Of a stretch of DNA of 64,000 nucleotides, positions 1-16,322 are shown piece by piece (position 1 is the first letter of the stretch; every line of letters starts with the position of its first letter). The DNA lies in the NCBI RefSeq assembly GCF_009914755.1, contig NC_060940.1; one strand, written 5' to 3'. The stretch comes from the human T2T-CHM13v2.0 reference genome, Homo sapiens. The notes beneath the pieces are model-generated. The model was not told the origin of the DNA and did not search any database. It saw only the letters and a list, made by a program, of their open reading frames with translations. Both the position numbers and the translations under genes were made by a program.

Positions 1-1271
1 TCCTTTTTATTCATTCCTTGTCCTGCTCCTCCAAGACAAAGACCTGGCCTGTTTCCATTTCTCCTTCTGGTGGTTCTCTCAGAAGCTCAGAATAACAGGC
101 ACTGCTTTCTCTTGGGTCCTTGACTTCCTACTACGACAGCCCGGTCAGCTCATCGCCCCCGCACTTCAGCACACTCCTCCCATTGCTCAGGGCGCCTGCC
201 AGCCTTCAGAGCTCCTCCAGGCTCCTGTCCCCTGCCCCCTCCTGGCATCTGCCCAGGCTGCCTCGTTGGGTCTGTTCTGGAGGCTTCCTTACTTGTTTTG
301 TGGGATAGCTCACCGCAGGTCAGGCCATCCCTGGGATTCTGTACATCTGGCCCAGGAGAGTGCTGAAGGGCTGACTCTCCTAGGCCTGGGCGTGTGCTAC
401 AGGCAGGAGAAGCAGGCTGGGGCCACCTTCATGTCAGGAGGGCCCACCACACTGGCCTCCACTCTGCGGTGGCTGAACTGTGGGGAGCCCGGGGCCAGGG
501 CAGGGATGGCCCCGTGGGAAGGGAGCTGCACCGTGCTGATGGTGACCGTGGGCATGGCTGCTGCTGTCTGTGCTGCCGCGGCTGCCACGCCCCACCTGTC
601 TGGTGCCTGTGTGCTCAGGCAGAGTGCCCTGACCTCTGTTATTTGGGGGTCTCTGCCACAGGGGTCAGGCCCACTCTAAGCACTGGTCAGCTGGTATCTG
701 AGCTGGGCAGGTGGGGCAGCATGGAAAAGGCATGGAGCTGCTGTTACCTCAGAGATGGTTGGTTTCTTAAGTTGAGTGATGGGCATGTGGATATTAGTAC
801 GTTGTTCTCTTTCTTTTCGTTTTCTTTTTTTATTTTCCTCTTGAGACAGGGCCTTGCTCTGTCGTCCAGGCTGGAGTGCTGGGATCACAGGTGCAGGCCA
901 TCACGCCAGGCTAATTTTTAAAACCCTTTGTAGAAATGGGGTTTTGCTGTCTTGCCCAGGCCAGTCTCGAACTCCTGGGTTCAAGAAATTCTCCCATCTT
1001 GGCCTCTCAAAGTGCTGGGATTACAGGTGTGAGCCCCCGTGCCCAGCCAGAATTGTTTCTTTCTCTCTATGGGGCCCTCCCTGCTGCACCCGTCCCACAG
1101 CAGTTGCTGACGCTTGTTTGCATCCTGTCCTTAATGCGTCCCCACCCTGCCCCACATGCCTTCTCTGCCCCTCAGTTTTGCTTCCACAGCCCGTGCAGGG
1201 ATCAGGCAGCCAAGCCTTGGTCCCCACACGCCACAGGAAGTAAAGCTGTACCTGTGTCCCGTTCTCCCCAG

Positions 1272-1354
1272 GCCACGGCAGAGACAACGTGTGTACCCCA
1301 AGTGCACATGGCTGACCACCCCTAAAAGCACCTGGCCCCGCTACAGCAAACCAG
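1272..1354 (+). CDS. TCF25: TCF25 coding exon 6 (83 bp; [27 protein letters not shown])
   Basis: cccag| acceptor and CAG|GTGAGG donor; peptide matches recalled TCF25; the 13 exons sum to 1417 nt with consistent phases. Confidence 0.93.
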
Positions 1355-2806
1355 GTGAGGGTCTGCAGATGCTGCTGGGGATGGAGGGTTGGGGGGCGTT
1401 GTCTGTGCACTGGCCCCGGTACAGCAAACCAGGTGAGGGTCTGCAGAGGCTGCTGGGGGTGGAGGGCGGCGGGGGGGTGTGTTCTGTGCACTGGCCTGCG
1501 CTGGGCACCAGGGGCGTCAGTGCCTCTTGAGCCGAGACTCTTTGCTCCAGGAGCGCTCCAGGAGTGTGCAGTGTGTGACTGTTTGTTGCCACACTGAGGG
1601 CCTGAGTGCTGGAGGCCTGGCCCAGTACCTCAACACGGAGCCTCCCAGGCACAGTCTTTGTGTGACTGTCTTTTAACGCAGGTTCTTCCTACCATTCTGC
1701 CATCGACCTTTCCCTTATGGAAGCAATCGAGTTCATTTTAAACTGCAATATTTTGTATATTATTGCAAACTAATAAGTGATTTTAAGATGAATTGCAACA
1801 GTGAAGACAGGCATGGAGTGTTGGGTGCTTGGTTGTGTGGTGTGGGGAAGTGTCAGGAGGCCTTCCACACTGGCCTCCACTCTGCAGTGGCTGAACTGTG
1901 GGGGCCCTCAGGGGCCAGGGCAAGGACAGCTTGTGGGAAGGGAGCTGTGTGGTGCCCTTGGTGATCGGCATGGCTGCTGCTGTCAGCGCTGCCATGGCTC
2001 CCACGGCCGCTTCTCCTGCGCCTGTGTCTGTGGGGGTGCCGGAGATTGCCTGCATACATTCTGTAAGGACACATCTAGGAGCGAGGCCTGTGCTGTCAGA
2101 AGGTGAACCCCGCTGCTCACGGCCCCTTCCCTTCCTGGCAGGAACCCCTGCTCACTGCAGACAGGGGTTCCATGGCCATGTATTCCTGCAGGACTGGGGC
2201 CTTGGGCAGGGCCATCAAGAAGGTATCACTACAGGGGACCTAGTCCATGGAGGTCCTGGGAGGCTGAGCTTTCCAGGTTTATCAGAAGAAACTGGGTCCC
2301 ATACACCCAGTCAGACAAGAGGAGCCAAGTGAGAGGGTGGTCACACGTTACAAAGCTCTGTGGCTTCAGAGGCCTGGCGCTGTGGCCACCTGTGCCACCG
2401 CACTCCAACCCTGTCCTTCCACAGCCACCCCGGACATTCTCCTCAATCAGACGTGGTCTGGGGACAGTGCTCGGCGTGGTCAGATCTGGCGATCTGTGGA
2501 CTGTGTGTGTCCTTGTCCCTGACATTCCCTCCAGGCCAGTGGGGCTAGAGCTGTATCCGAGTTCTGGAGGCAAACACGTCTTGATAGGAAACTAAAGCAG
2601 ACGGGATGCCGTCTCCTGGTGTAGACCAGACGGCGGGTGTTTTGGGAAGGTGTCCGGAGCTGGTGACACCCATGAGTACACACTCAGGTCAAGTTTGTCG
2701 ATATCGCAGAGGCCTCATCCAGAACACCACGAAGGTGAGGGCTGTGCTCGGAGCTGCCCACGTCCCTGCTCCCGGCACACCCTCCCTGAGCACTCTCCCC
2801 TCCCAG

Positions 2807-2937
2807 GTCTGTCCATGCGGCTGCTGGAATCAAAAAAAGGCCTCTCCTTCTTTGCGTTTGAGCACAGTGAGGAGTACCAGCAGGCTCAGCACAAGTTCCT
2901 GGTGGCCGTGGAGTCTATGGAGCCGAACAACATCGTG
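2807..2937 (+). CDS. TCF25: TCF25 coding exon 7 (131 bp; [12 protein letters not shown]...MEPNNIV)
   Basis: tcccag| acceptor, GTG|GTGCGT donor, frame continuous with neighbouring exons. Confidence 0.95.
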
Positions 2938-3289
2938 GTGCGTGGTCCCTGCAGCCCCTGACAGGAGCAGGGGCCATGTAGCCACCACTGCCCTGGGCCG
3001 CCTGCTTCCCTGGTGGCTGGGGGAGGCATGCTGCCTCCTGCCCTTCCCAACAGGAAGGGTGCCAGTCTCTGCAGGGCGGTCTGGCCCTGTGACCAGAAGG
3101 AGATGTGTTCGGAGGCTCTAGGCCAAGCGAGCTCCATCCATACTCAGAGGAGAGGCTGGAGCGCTGCTCTCTCAGCCGTTCCTGGGGACCGTCGCAGTAG
3201 TGCCGTGTGATGCAGGCCCAGGACTCTGGGGCTTCTCACTGCTGCCCTTGCCTCCTGCGGCTCAGTGCAGGCGAGCAGCTCAGATTCCC

Positions 3290-3540
3290 GGCCCCCGTGC
3301 AGCCCCCGGACGGCCCCCACACGGCCCCGGACGGCCCCCGCGCAGCCCCAGACAGCCCCGGACCTGGACAGTCCCCGTACAGCCCCGGTGCAACCCTGGA
3401 CAGCCCTCATGCAGCCCCTGGACAGCTCCCCTTGCAGCCCCGGACGGCCCCCGCGCAGCCCCAGACAGCCCCCGGGCGGCCCTCACGCAGCCGCCGGACA
3501 GCTCCCCTTGCAACCCCGGACAGCCTCCGCAGAGCTCCCC
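3290..3540. repeat. Degenerate GC-rich minisatellite, about 21-22-bp unit (GCAGCCCCGGACAGCCCCC-like), TCF25 intron 7
   Basis: Repeated cagcccc/ggacag/ggacgg blocks. Confidence 0.8.
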
Positions 3541-3742
3541 GTCATCTCCCTGTGGGAAAAGCAGGCTGCTGCTTTCCATTCCTCTTTCTTGGGGCTTAGT
3601 GGGGAGTTAGGTGGCCCCTGGCCTGGGCATGTCAGGTTCTGAGTTCTTGCTTTAAGTCATATAATTGGTTCAGCTTAGCAATAATAACTAGCCTATTTTG
3701 AGTTGGGGGGACGTTGTGAGTGTCGACCCGGTAATTCCCCCG

Positions 3743-4042
<300 letters not shown>

Positions 4043-4116
4043 TGAAAAAAAGGCATGCCTGGGAGCTGGGGCCTTGCTGAGTGCCTTTCCTCCAGGGCTG
4101 TCCTCCCTTCTGGTAG

Positions 4117-4216
4117 GTTCTGCTCCAGACGAGCCCTTACCACGTTGACTCACTCCTGCAGCTCAGCGATGCCTGCCGCTTTCAAGAGGATCAGGAGATG
4201 GCTCGAGACCTCGTAG
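4117..4216 (+). CDS. TCF25: TCF25 coding exon 8 (100 bp; [33 protein letters not shown])
   Basis: tggtag| acceptor, TAG|GTAAGG donor. Confidence 0.95.
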
Positions 4217-5068
4217 GTAAGGCAGAGCCCCCACCCCATTCCCCTCAGCTGTGGGAGCACCTCAAGCTATCAAGACAGATGCGATGGTGTAAGATGACAG
4301 GGGTTGCCAGGATATCCATGACAGCTTTATTGAGATACAACCTACGTAGCACAAAACTTACCCATTTAAAGTTTTTGTTTGTTGGTGTTTAATATATGCC
4401 ACAGCCTCCCGAGTAGCTGGGACTACAGGCGCCCGCCACCAGACCTGGCTAATTTTTTGTATTTTTAGTAGAGATGGGGTTTCACCGTGTTGGCCAGGAT
4501 GGTCTCGATCTCCTGACCTTGTGATCCACCCACCTCAGCCTCCCAAAGTGCTGGGATTACAGGCATGAGCCACCACGCCCCGCCCTCTGGCTTTTATTTA
4601 CAATGAAGTTTTCAAGGTTCATCCTCACTGTAGCGTCGATCAGAACGTCGTTCGTTTTTATGGCTTAGTAATACTCCACTGTGTGGACGGACCACATGTT
4701 GTGTATCCATCATTAGTTGACGGCCGTGTGGGCTGTTGTAAATAATAGTGCTTACGTCAGCATGCACACGCAGTCTTAGGTGGACACATCTGTGCTGCAC
4801 ACATGGACGCCTGGTTCTGTCAGGACGTGGCAGCAGTTGTGCCTCATGGTGTTGAAAGTGTTACCATGTCAAGCTCACAAGTTCTGTGGTTGAAATAAAT
4901 GCAGCGTGGCATCCAGGGTGCCCAGGGGCATGTCTGCCCTCTCAGTGTCCAGGACTCTAGTTTCGTGACCTTCCGTCCAGACCTTTCCTTGTTGTCCATT
5001 ATCAGAGGAGGGGCCGTGGTTGCTGTGTGTGGCCATGACACCCTCCCCTGGCGTCCCTGTGCCCACAG

Positions 5069-5162
5069 AGAGAGCGCTGTACAGCATGGAATGTGCGTTC
5101 CACCCCCTGTTCAGTCTCACCAGTGGGGCCTGCCGGCTGGATTACCGCAGACCCGAGAACAG
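5069..5162 (+). CDS. TCF25: TCF25 coding exon 9 (94 bp; ERALYSMECAFHPLF...RRPEN)
   Basis: cccacag| acceptor, CAG|GTGAGT donor. Confidence 0.95.
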
Positions 5163-5503
5163 GTGAGTGCAGCTGCCCTGGAGGTGACGCAGCTCCCCTT
5201 CCCTTCTCCTGCGAGTGAGGCTGGGGGAGGTGCAGTGGGCACCTCATGGCTGCCCTCCAGGGTGGACCAGGGCCCACAGGTCCAGAGTGACCCACCTTCC
5301 TCTCTCTGGGCTTAAGGATAGAGGGATGGGATTGTCTCAGCCCAGGTTTACCTTTGTCTGTGGACATGCCTGATGCTACTGTGGAGGTCAGAGTGGGAGG
5401 TCTGCTGAGCCCAGGAGTTCAAGTCCAGCCTGGGCACCATAGTGAGACCCCCATCTCTTAAAAAAATAAAAATAAAAATAAATGTTTGTGTTAGAAGTGA
5501 GCC

Positions 5504-6135
<632 letters not shown>

Positions 6136-7335
6136 AGTGAGCCTGAGAAACCAGATCTCCACAGTGGGCTCTGCAATTGCATTTCCTTCTATGTTTGGCT
6201 GAGAAAACCCATCCCTGGCAAGTTTAGAAGCTTTGGAAGGCTTTGCAGGTTTGACCTTAAATCAGTGAGGAGCTCAGAGTCAGCCTGACCCTCGCTCCCC
6301 TGTGCTGAGCGACCGCATGTGGAGGTCTCTCTTCTTTCAGATACTTCTGCCCCTAAAGCCATCCCTCTGGCATCAGGCCTCGCTGGTCAGACCTAGACTG
6401 GCTTCCGCCAGGCCTTCCCGCAGCCTGTCCTGTGGGCCCTTTGTGGAGCAGACCAGCTTCTGTCCGCTGTCCTGCCTCTCCTGTGTGCAGTGCCCTGTTT
6501 CTCTGGCCGCCCTGGGTTGTCTGCAGTGTGGGATCCGCTCCTACCCTCTCAGCCCTCCTGGCAAGCCAAGGTCCGCTGACCCGTTCTGCACAGATTGTCT
6601 GCACTGTGTGCTGGGTCTGAATTTCCTCCACTGGTTTTCTTTATGTTAGTTTTGTCTCTTCCAATGAAATTCTTAGTTCTTTGAAGTAGATTATAAAATA
6701 TTAATATTTCCCGACGCGAAAGAGACAGTGGGCTGTTGATGGAAGTAGCAGCCCACCAGCATCCGAAAGTCACAGGGCTCCATGTATCCAGCCTGAGTGC
6801 TGTTAGCCACTGTTGAGATTGGAGGATAAATTAAGATCGTAATTGTAACAAGAGATTTTAACTCTCTTCCTGTAAATGATAAATAATAAACAAAAAAACA
6901 AGATAAAGATTTCAGCGGGGCGTGGTGGCTCACGCTTGTAATCTCAGCACTTTGGGAGACCGAGGCAGGTGGATCACAAGATCAGGAGATCGAGACCACG
7001 GTGAAACCCCGTCTCTACTAAAAATACAAAAAATCAGCTGGGTGTGGTGGCGGGTGCCTGTAGTCTCAGCTACTTGGAGAGGCTGAGGCAGGAGAATGGC
7101 ATGAACCCAGGAGGCGGAGCTTGCAATGAGCCGAGCCGAGATAGCGCCACTGCACTCCAGCCTGGGTGACAGAGCGAGACTCCGTCTCAAAAAAAAAAAA
7201 AAGATTTCAAAGAAGTTTGATTTTCAGTATGCAAATTCGTGTATAACTCTGTAAAGGACAAGGAGAGCGCACACCTCCTCTCCAGACATGGATCTCTGTG
7301 TGCTGGGCACGTAGAAAATGCCAGCAGAACCCAGA

Positions 7336-7582
7336 GAGCAGAATGGGGGTGGAGCGGGTGCTGACCGGGGCGCTAAGCAGTGTGTGGGGTGGAGCGGGTG
7401 CTGACTGGGGCGCTGAGCAGTGTGTGGGGTGGAGCGGGTGTTGACTGGGGCGCTGAGCAGTGTGTGGGGTGGAGCGGGTGTTGACTGGGGCGCTGAGCAG
7501 TGTGTGGGGTGGAATGGGTGGTACTGGCCAGGACGCTGAGCAGAGGGCGGGGTGGAGTGGGTGCTGGCCGGGGCGCTGAGCA
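7336..7582. repeat. 40-bp minisatellite, about 6 copies, TCF25 intron 9
   Basis: tgtgtggggtgga recurs at 7381, 7421, 7461 and 7501. Confidence 0.92.
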
Positions 7583-7636
7583 GAGAGCATTCTCCTTTGT
7601 GTCGTTGTAATTCATGTGGAACTATTTTGGATCTAG

Positions 7637-7729
7637 GAGCTTCTACCTGGCCCTCTACAAGCAGATGAGCTTCCTGGAGAAGCGAGGCTGCCCGCGCACG
7701 GCGCTGGAGTACTGCAAGCTCATCCTGAG
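7637..7729 (+). CDS. TCF25: TCF25 coding exon 10 (93 bp; [31 protein letters not shown])
   Basis: atctag| acceptor, GAG|GTGAGT donor. Confidence 0.95.
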
Positions 7730-7846
7730 GTGAGTGTCTGCTCAGGGCCAAGCCCGTCCACGCTCCCTGTCCTGGCTGCAGGCCCACTCTCAGCCTGACG
7801 ATGCCCCTGTTCCCCTTTGCTCTGCTCTCTGTGCTGCCTCCGGAAG

Positions 7847-7952
7847 TCTCGAGCCGGATGAGGACCCCCTCTGCATGCTGCTGCTCATCGACCACCTGGC
7901 CTTGCGGGCCCGGAACTACGAGTACCTGATCCGCCTCTTCCAGGAGTGGGAG
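7847..7952 (+). CDS. TCF25: TCF25 coding exon 11 (106 bp; [36 protein letters not shown])
   Basis: pyrimidine tract plus cggaag| acceptor, GAG|GTGGGT donor. Confidence 0.95.
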
Positions 7953-8647
7953 GTGGGTGCGAGCCTGGTGAGGCCCCGTGGAGGGACGGACACCTGCTTC
8001 TCCTTCTGTTTTCTTGGTTCAGTATCTGTGCGCTCAGGGGACGTTTGGGGATGAAACGATAATCGTCTGAGGGCAGAACCACGTCCTCCTGCCTTGTTTG
8101 TCTCCCTTGCCGCCTCTACGGAGTGGAATGTGGTTTTCCTAGGGACAGTACAGCAGCCTTATGTCAGAATCCTCATACGTGTGTACACATGCTCAAACGT
8201 GTGTACACATGCACACGTGTGCCTGCAAGGACTGTGATGCTGGTAATGATGAAAAACCGACAACTCCCGAGCTCCTCATGGGCAGTTCAGGAAGATGCAG
8301 CCGGGAGGTAGAAGGAGGGTTGGTTGCGTGGGGCTGACACAGGGACCCCCAGCACGTCTGTCCTGTTCCATGGGAAGAGTGTGAGTACAGCAGGAGAGAC
8401 TTGAGCTCTGTCCCCAGTAACTCTAACACAGACACGTGTTGGAATGATAATTTCGGTGTATTGGGTTAGATATAACGTATTAATCTCACCTGTTTTGTCT
8501 TTAATGCAGCTCCCAGAAAATTTAAATTGGGCCGGGCATGGTGGCTCACGCCTGTAATCCCAGCACTTTGGGAGGCCGAGGCGGGCGGATCACCTGAGGT
8601 CAGGAGTTTGATACCAGCCTCAACATGGAGAAACCCTGTCTCTACTA

Positions 8648-8850
<203 letters not shown>

Positions 8851-9714
8851 TTATGTTCCTATGGGGCAGCACTTATCTGGAAGGACACGGGCTTTGTAAC
8901 GCTAACCTCCAGCAGGGCCTGGGGCTGGGGAGAAGGCGACAGCTCTTGACTTTCTCTGCTTCTGTGTTGAATTTTTTTCATAGCACATGTTCATGGATAA
9001 TGAAAGTGGGTAAATTATTTTGAATTTTTAAGCATTTGGCATAGTTGGCCAGGAAGTCTCACCCCCAGGAATGTGGTTTATAGAAATTCCTGGAGCTCAC
9101 AAAAATGTAGGTGCAGGGAAACCTCAGGGAGTCCCCCAAAATGGGGCTGCAGAAGAATGTTGATGATGGTGTTTAAGGTCACAAAACTGTGAGTCTGTGA
9201 TCCCATTTTGATAGAAAAAAATGCAGTGAGTCACATGTCTACAATATGTGACATAGGCTGAGAAAGGCAAGAGAAACTGGCACGGTGGTAGACTGCTCGG
9301 AAACTCGCGTGGCGGGCTGCTCTCGGAAACTCGCGCGGCAGTGGGCTGCTCTCACAGACTCGCGCGGGGGTGGGCTGCTCTCGTCTGTAAATTTTCCACA
9401 TTGAGAGCACCAACTGCTCAGCTTCAGAGAGGAGCCTGGGCGGCAGGTGGGACCCTCACTCCCCACGGTGTCCTCGCTCCGGCTCAGTCTACTTCTCAGG
9501 CCCTCCCACGTCCTCTGTATCTTCTGCATGCGGAAAGCCCCCCAGGTGGACGTTTTAAGTTATCTTTATGCTGAGTTAGGAAGAGGCCCTTGCGTTGCCT
9601 GCAGAATATACCTGCTCGGGGTAGGGCTCACTGGTGATGTCAGAGCGTCTGCAAACTCACATATTTTGTCTTTATGACTTAAGGCTCCACGCTCTGTTTC
9701 TTCGTCCCTCGTAG

Positions 9715-9874
9715 GCTCATCGGAACCTGTCCCAGCTCCCTAATTTTGCCTTCTCTGTTCCACTGGCGTATTTCCTGCTGAGCCAGCAGACAGACCTCCC
9801 TGAGTGTGAGCAGAGCTCTGCCAGGCAGAAGGCCTCTCTCCTGATACAGCAGGCGCTCACCATGTTCCCTGGAG
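9715..9874 (+). CDS. TCF25: TCF25 coding exon 12 (160 bp; [20 protein letters not shown]...ALTMFPG)
   Basis: ctcgtag| acceptor, GAG|GTGAGT donor. Confidence 0.95.
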
Positions 9875-10506
9875 GTGAGTGAGCGCTGTGTCTCGCCTGG
9901 GGTAGGGGTGTGTCCTGTCAGCCGTGGGGGCTGCTCTTCCTGGTGGTGGAGGCCAGGTCCCAGTCCTTCCCCACACTTGTAGAAACATGCATTCTCTGGT
10001 AGGGCCTGCAAACCTGCCCTACCAAACCTGAAAGAGGGTCGGCTCATCTCGGAACCCGCTGCGTGCCAAGCCAGGCACGAGGAGGTGGCAGGCATCCCGA
10101 CCCCCGTGGGGCCTGTGTTCTAGAGTGCAGAGACAGAACTGGCTGGGAGGTGCGGGGCATTGGATTGTACCAGTGCTGGGGAGGAGAGCAAAGCAGGGGA
10201 AGGTCTCGGCAGCGCCGAGGTGTGGCCGAGAGGGTTGTGCTCTGCACCATGCTGGGATGCAGAATGGAGGCCTGTGCCGCCCAGATGGACTCAGCCTGCA
10301 CAGCCGTGACCCCTGACTGCATCTGGGTAGCTTCGATCCACGCACATGTGGCGGGCACAGTGAGGCTGCCACCTGGTCAGACCTCGGGGCTGACCCTGCC
10401 TGACAGCATGTGTGAAATCCCTCTTTAAGATGGGCCTCCTCCGAGGAGCTGTGAGGGGTGAGGGTGAAATCCCTCCTTAAGACGAGCCTCCTCTGAGGGG
10501 CTGTGA

Positions 10507-11839
<1,333 letters not shown>

Positions 11840-12302
11840 TTAAGACGGGCCTCCTCCGAGGGGCGGTGAGGGGTGAGGGTTATTTGCGTGCAGCTAGTAT
11901 ACACACATTACGTGACCACTCATCGCCTATTAGGATGTCCTGGAAGCAGCATCCCTTTCTCGGTTCTGTGGGTTTCCAGGGCTCTGTCTGGGCCCCGAGG
12001 AGGCCCACGGCGTGGGGTTGGGCAGCTTCTAGCACAGGCAGAAACGTGCCCCCCAGAGGGGCCTGGCCAGGCCTCAGTCTGCTCGCTGACCCCAAAAGTT
12101 TCGTCCCCTGTGTCTAAGAAGCACCTTTGTCCTCCTCTGGGGCTGCATGCAGCTGGCCATATGCTCCACCAGTGCAGCCGTGTCTGGAAACGCGGCTGGG
12201 AGGCCCTGTCCTTTGTGGCAGAGCTGTGCTGCTGTGTCACAGGCTGTAGCGTCAGCACCTCCCTTGAAGGCAGGTGGGCTGCCAAGAAGCCGCTGCCACT
12301 TA

Positions 12303-13285
<983 letters not shown>

Positions 13286-14017
13286 GTAAAGAGTGGCTGG
13301 TGGTGCCCATCTGTGGGTGCCTGTGGGTTCGGAGCCTGGGAGCCATTTTCACTCATCCTGAGAGGCCCTGAGGGACCTGCTTCCAGCAGCAGGAGGGGCT
13401 GTGGTGGCGGCCTCGGGGACTGTCATTTGACATGGGACGGCTCTGGAGCCCTCATCTGTGTGGAAAAGTCCAGGTGGGACAGCTGAGCAGCCTCCAGCTT
13501 AAAAACGAGGCTCATATAAAGAGGGTGCCAGGCGTGGCGGCACATGCCTGTAATCTCAGCTTTTTGGGAGGCCGGCTTGTGCCTGGGAGGTCAAAGGTAC
13601 AGTGAGCTGTGTTTGTGCTGCTGCACTCCAGCCTGGGTGATGGTGAGACCCCGTCTCAAAAAACAAAATAAACAAAGAGGGAGCAAACACAGGAGAAAGT
13701 GCACGCCTTGGGGTCATCCCCTGGCCCTCCAGGGCTCGCCCTGTGTGCACGCAGATGGACCCGCCCTGGGTGCATTTTCACATTTCTGTGACGTCAGTCC
13801 TGCTTCCTAAAGAACATAACCTGCCCAACAGGCTCACGGCACATACCTGTGTGCCCCAGCCCCACGCCCTCAGGCCAGCAGCCCAGGGGCCTCCTTTCAC
13901 TCCAGGCCACAGGGCACTCCCTGGACCCCCCGTCTGCCCATCCATGGGGCTCTGCCAGCCTCGAGGCAGGCTGTGGTCTGAAGAGGGGTTCTGCTCAGAG
14001 CCCTTGCTCTCCCCCAG

Positions 14018-14176
14018 CCAGCCCCCTGCCCTGAGCCAGCTGGTGAACCTGTACCTTGGGAGGTCACACTTTCTCTGGAAAGAGCCCGCCACCATGAGCT
14101 GGCTGGAGGAGAACGTCCACGAGGTTCTGCAAGCAGTGGACGCCGGGGACCCAGCCGTGGAAGCCTGTGAGAACCG
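14018..14176 (+). CDS. TCF25: TCF25 coding exon 14 (159 bp; [34 protein letters not shown]...EACEN)
   Basis: cccccag| acceptor, CCG|GTGAGC donor. Confidence 0.95.
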
Positions 14177-15273
14177 GTGAGCTAGGGGTTGACACAAGCC
14201 CTGCCACGCCCCCTCCTCAGGGACCCTCATCCCAGACACGGGGGCCTCGCATTCGGGAGGCGAGAAGGGCTGTGAGCAGCTTGGCCTCCCTTGCTGTGGG
14301 GCCTGTGTGGAGCCTACAAGACAGCGCACAGCCCCTGGCGTGTCCCAGAGGCTTCCTGGGAGGCAGCTGTGGTGATCAGCGCAGGGTACCGAGCTGCTGT
14401 TCCCGGGTGCCTCGGGCTGGAGTGGTGCCTTCGGGTCTTGCAGTGTTTCCACATGAGCTGTGAGATGATGACGAGTCTCTCACAGCAGCATCTTGGGAGT
14501 AAAGAAATCTGGCAGAGACGAGAAAGAGTCTCCTGTCCTGTGTGTGAACACTTCGGAGGCTCATGCCCTAATATGCTGCAACTGACAGGCATCCCCTTGC
14601 TGTTCTTGTCTCGTTTGTCTGCGCCCTTGGCCCTGTGCTAGTTCTGTGCATCAGCACCGTGGCTCTGTGCAGTGGTGTGGCCAGGCTCAGGACCGCCTGG
14701 GAGTGGTGCCCATTTGCATCTCCACAGTGAAGTCTGTGTGCCGCGGACATGAGGTGTGCCCGGGGGTGCCCAAGAGGCGCTGGTGCCCCCAGCCGCTGGC
14801 AGTCATGGGCCCGTCCGCGTGTCTGCTGTCCCCACTGGACTGGACATTCTCATGGACAGGAGCATTTTGTTCCCTGTACTGCTCTCCAAGAGCGATTTCC
14901 AGCAGGGACCAGTGCCTGTGCCTGTAGCCGTAGCAGTGACGATGGTGACACACCCAGGTGTCCCTTCATGGAGATGAACTCAGTGACTTCCCACAAGAAG
15001 CCACTGGCTACGGCTCTCATCGTTCTTGTTCTTTGGATGAAGAGGCTGAGTCACTGGCCATGTGGCTGGGATTGGTCCCCAGAGGCTCCCCAGCCGCAGG
15101 CCAGGGACCAGCCATGGTGCCTCTGCTCGAGAGTAAAGTGTACAGTTTTTGCAGCCACCAGAGATGCAGCGAGATGCCTCGTGCTGGGTGGGGGTGGGGG
15201 CCGAGGCTCCATGGCGGTTACCATTTCATTTGCTGTGCTTTATCTGCTGTGCCTTGTTTCTCCCCGGCCCTAG

Positions 15274-15364
15274 GCGGAAGGTGCTCTACCAGCGTGCACC
15301 CAGGAATATCCACCGCCATGTGATCCTCTCTGAGATCAAGGAAGCCGTCGCTGCCCTGCCCCCG
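15274..15364 (+). CDS. TCF25: TCF25 coding exon 15 (91 bp; [31 protein letters not shown])
   Basis: ccctag| acceptor, CCG|GTAAGG donor. Confidence 0.95.
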
Positions 15365-16322
15365 GTAAGGGAGAAAGGCTGAAATGGGAGCTCTGTGTAA
15401 GCCGGTCACATGCACGTCCCTTCTGCTCCGGGCGGTCCACATGCAGGCGTGCGTGGTGCGGGCTCCCTCAGCAGCCCAGCCCCGCCACGGCAGGGGCAGG
15501 GTCTAGTGCAGAGGGCTCCTCCTTTCCTGGCAGCCCGGGTTCGGATGCTTGTTGTTTTGAGAGAGAAATCCTTTGGGGCTCAGAGCACAAGCTGAGTCGT
15601 CACCGTGGTGAGCTGCTCCATCCGTGGTCTTGTGAGCGCGTGGTGCGGCTGCTGGGGGATTCTCTGTAGTCGTGGCGTGTAGTCCTGCTCTGACGCCTCC
15701 TGTGCTGGAGGTGCCGTTTCTGTCTCAAAACCTAAGGAGTTTGTACTGTTGTTAAGGGATAAGATAGAACGAGTGAGAAAACCAGCAAGTCAGAGGGTCG
15801 CAGGACCGTGGACCGTCCACTGGGGACAGCTTAGTGCCTCCTGGTTTAACTTCAGCTGCTCTGCGGGCCCTTATGACCGGCATGGCTGGCTTTGTCTGGG
15901 GCTGTGAGCTTCTGACTCTCCTCAGTAGAGTGGCAGCACGTGGCACTGTGCAACCCGAGGGCAGCTCAGGGTCCCTGTAGCCTGCATTTGCTGAAGTGGG
16001 AGCTTCTGACACGTGGTGAAGATGTTGGCAGGCTTGAGCGGCACGTGACCCCCTTCCTTCCCCACCACACACTCTGGTGTGCAGGGCAGACGCCGTGCAG
16101 GTTCATCTCGACTCCCGTGAGTGTCCTGGTGGCAGAAGGACTGTCCCACCCTCACCCAAAGCTCGTTGGTACAAAAAGCACAGCCGTTTCTGTCAGACTC
16201 TGTGGCTATCTCTCAGCAGATGCATCCAGTCCATGCTGGAGTCGACAGAAGGACTCTGCTGGGAGAGGTAGAGGCCCCCTGGCAGCATCTGTAGCATCTT
16301 CGTTTTATGTCCCTTTCTGAAG

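Noticed and set aside
3290-3540. Minisatellite resembling tandem RE1 sites (CAGCCCCTGGACAGCTCC)
   Set aside because: The left half mismatches CAGCACC and the spacing is at least 1 bp short of canonical; at most half-sites.
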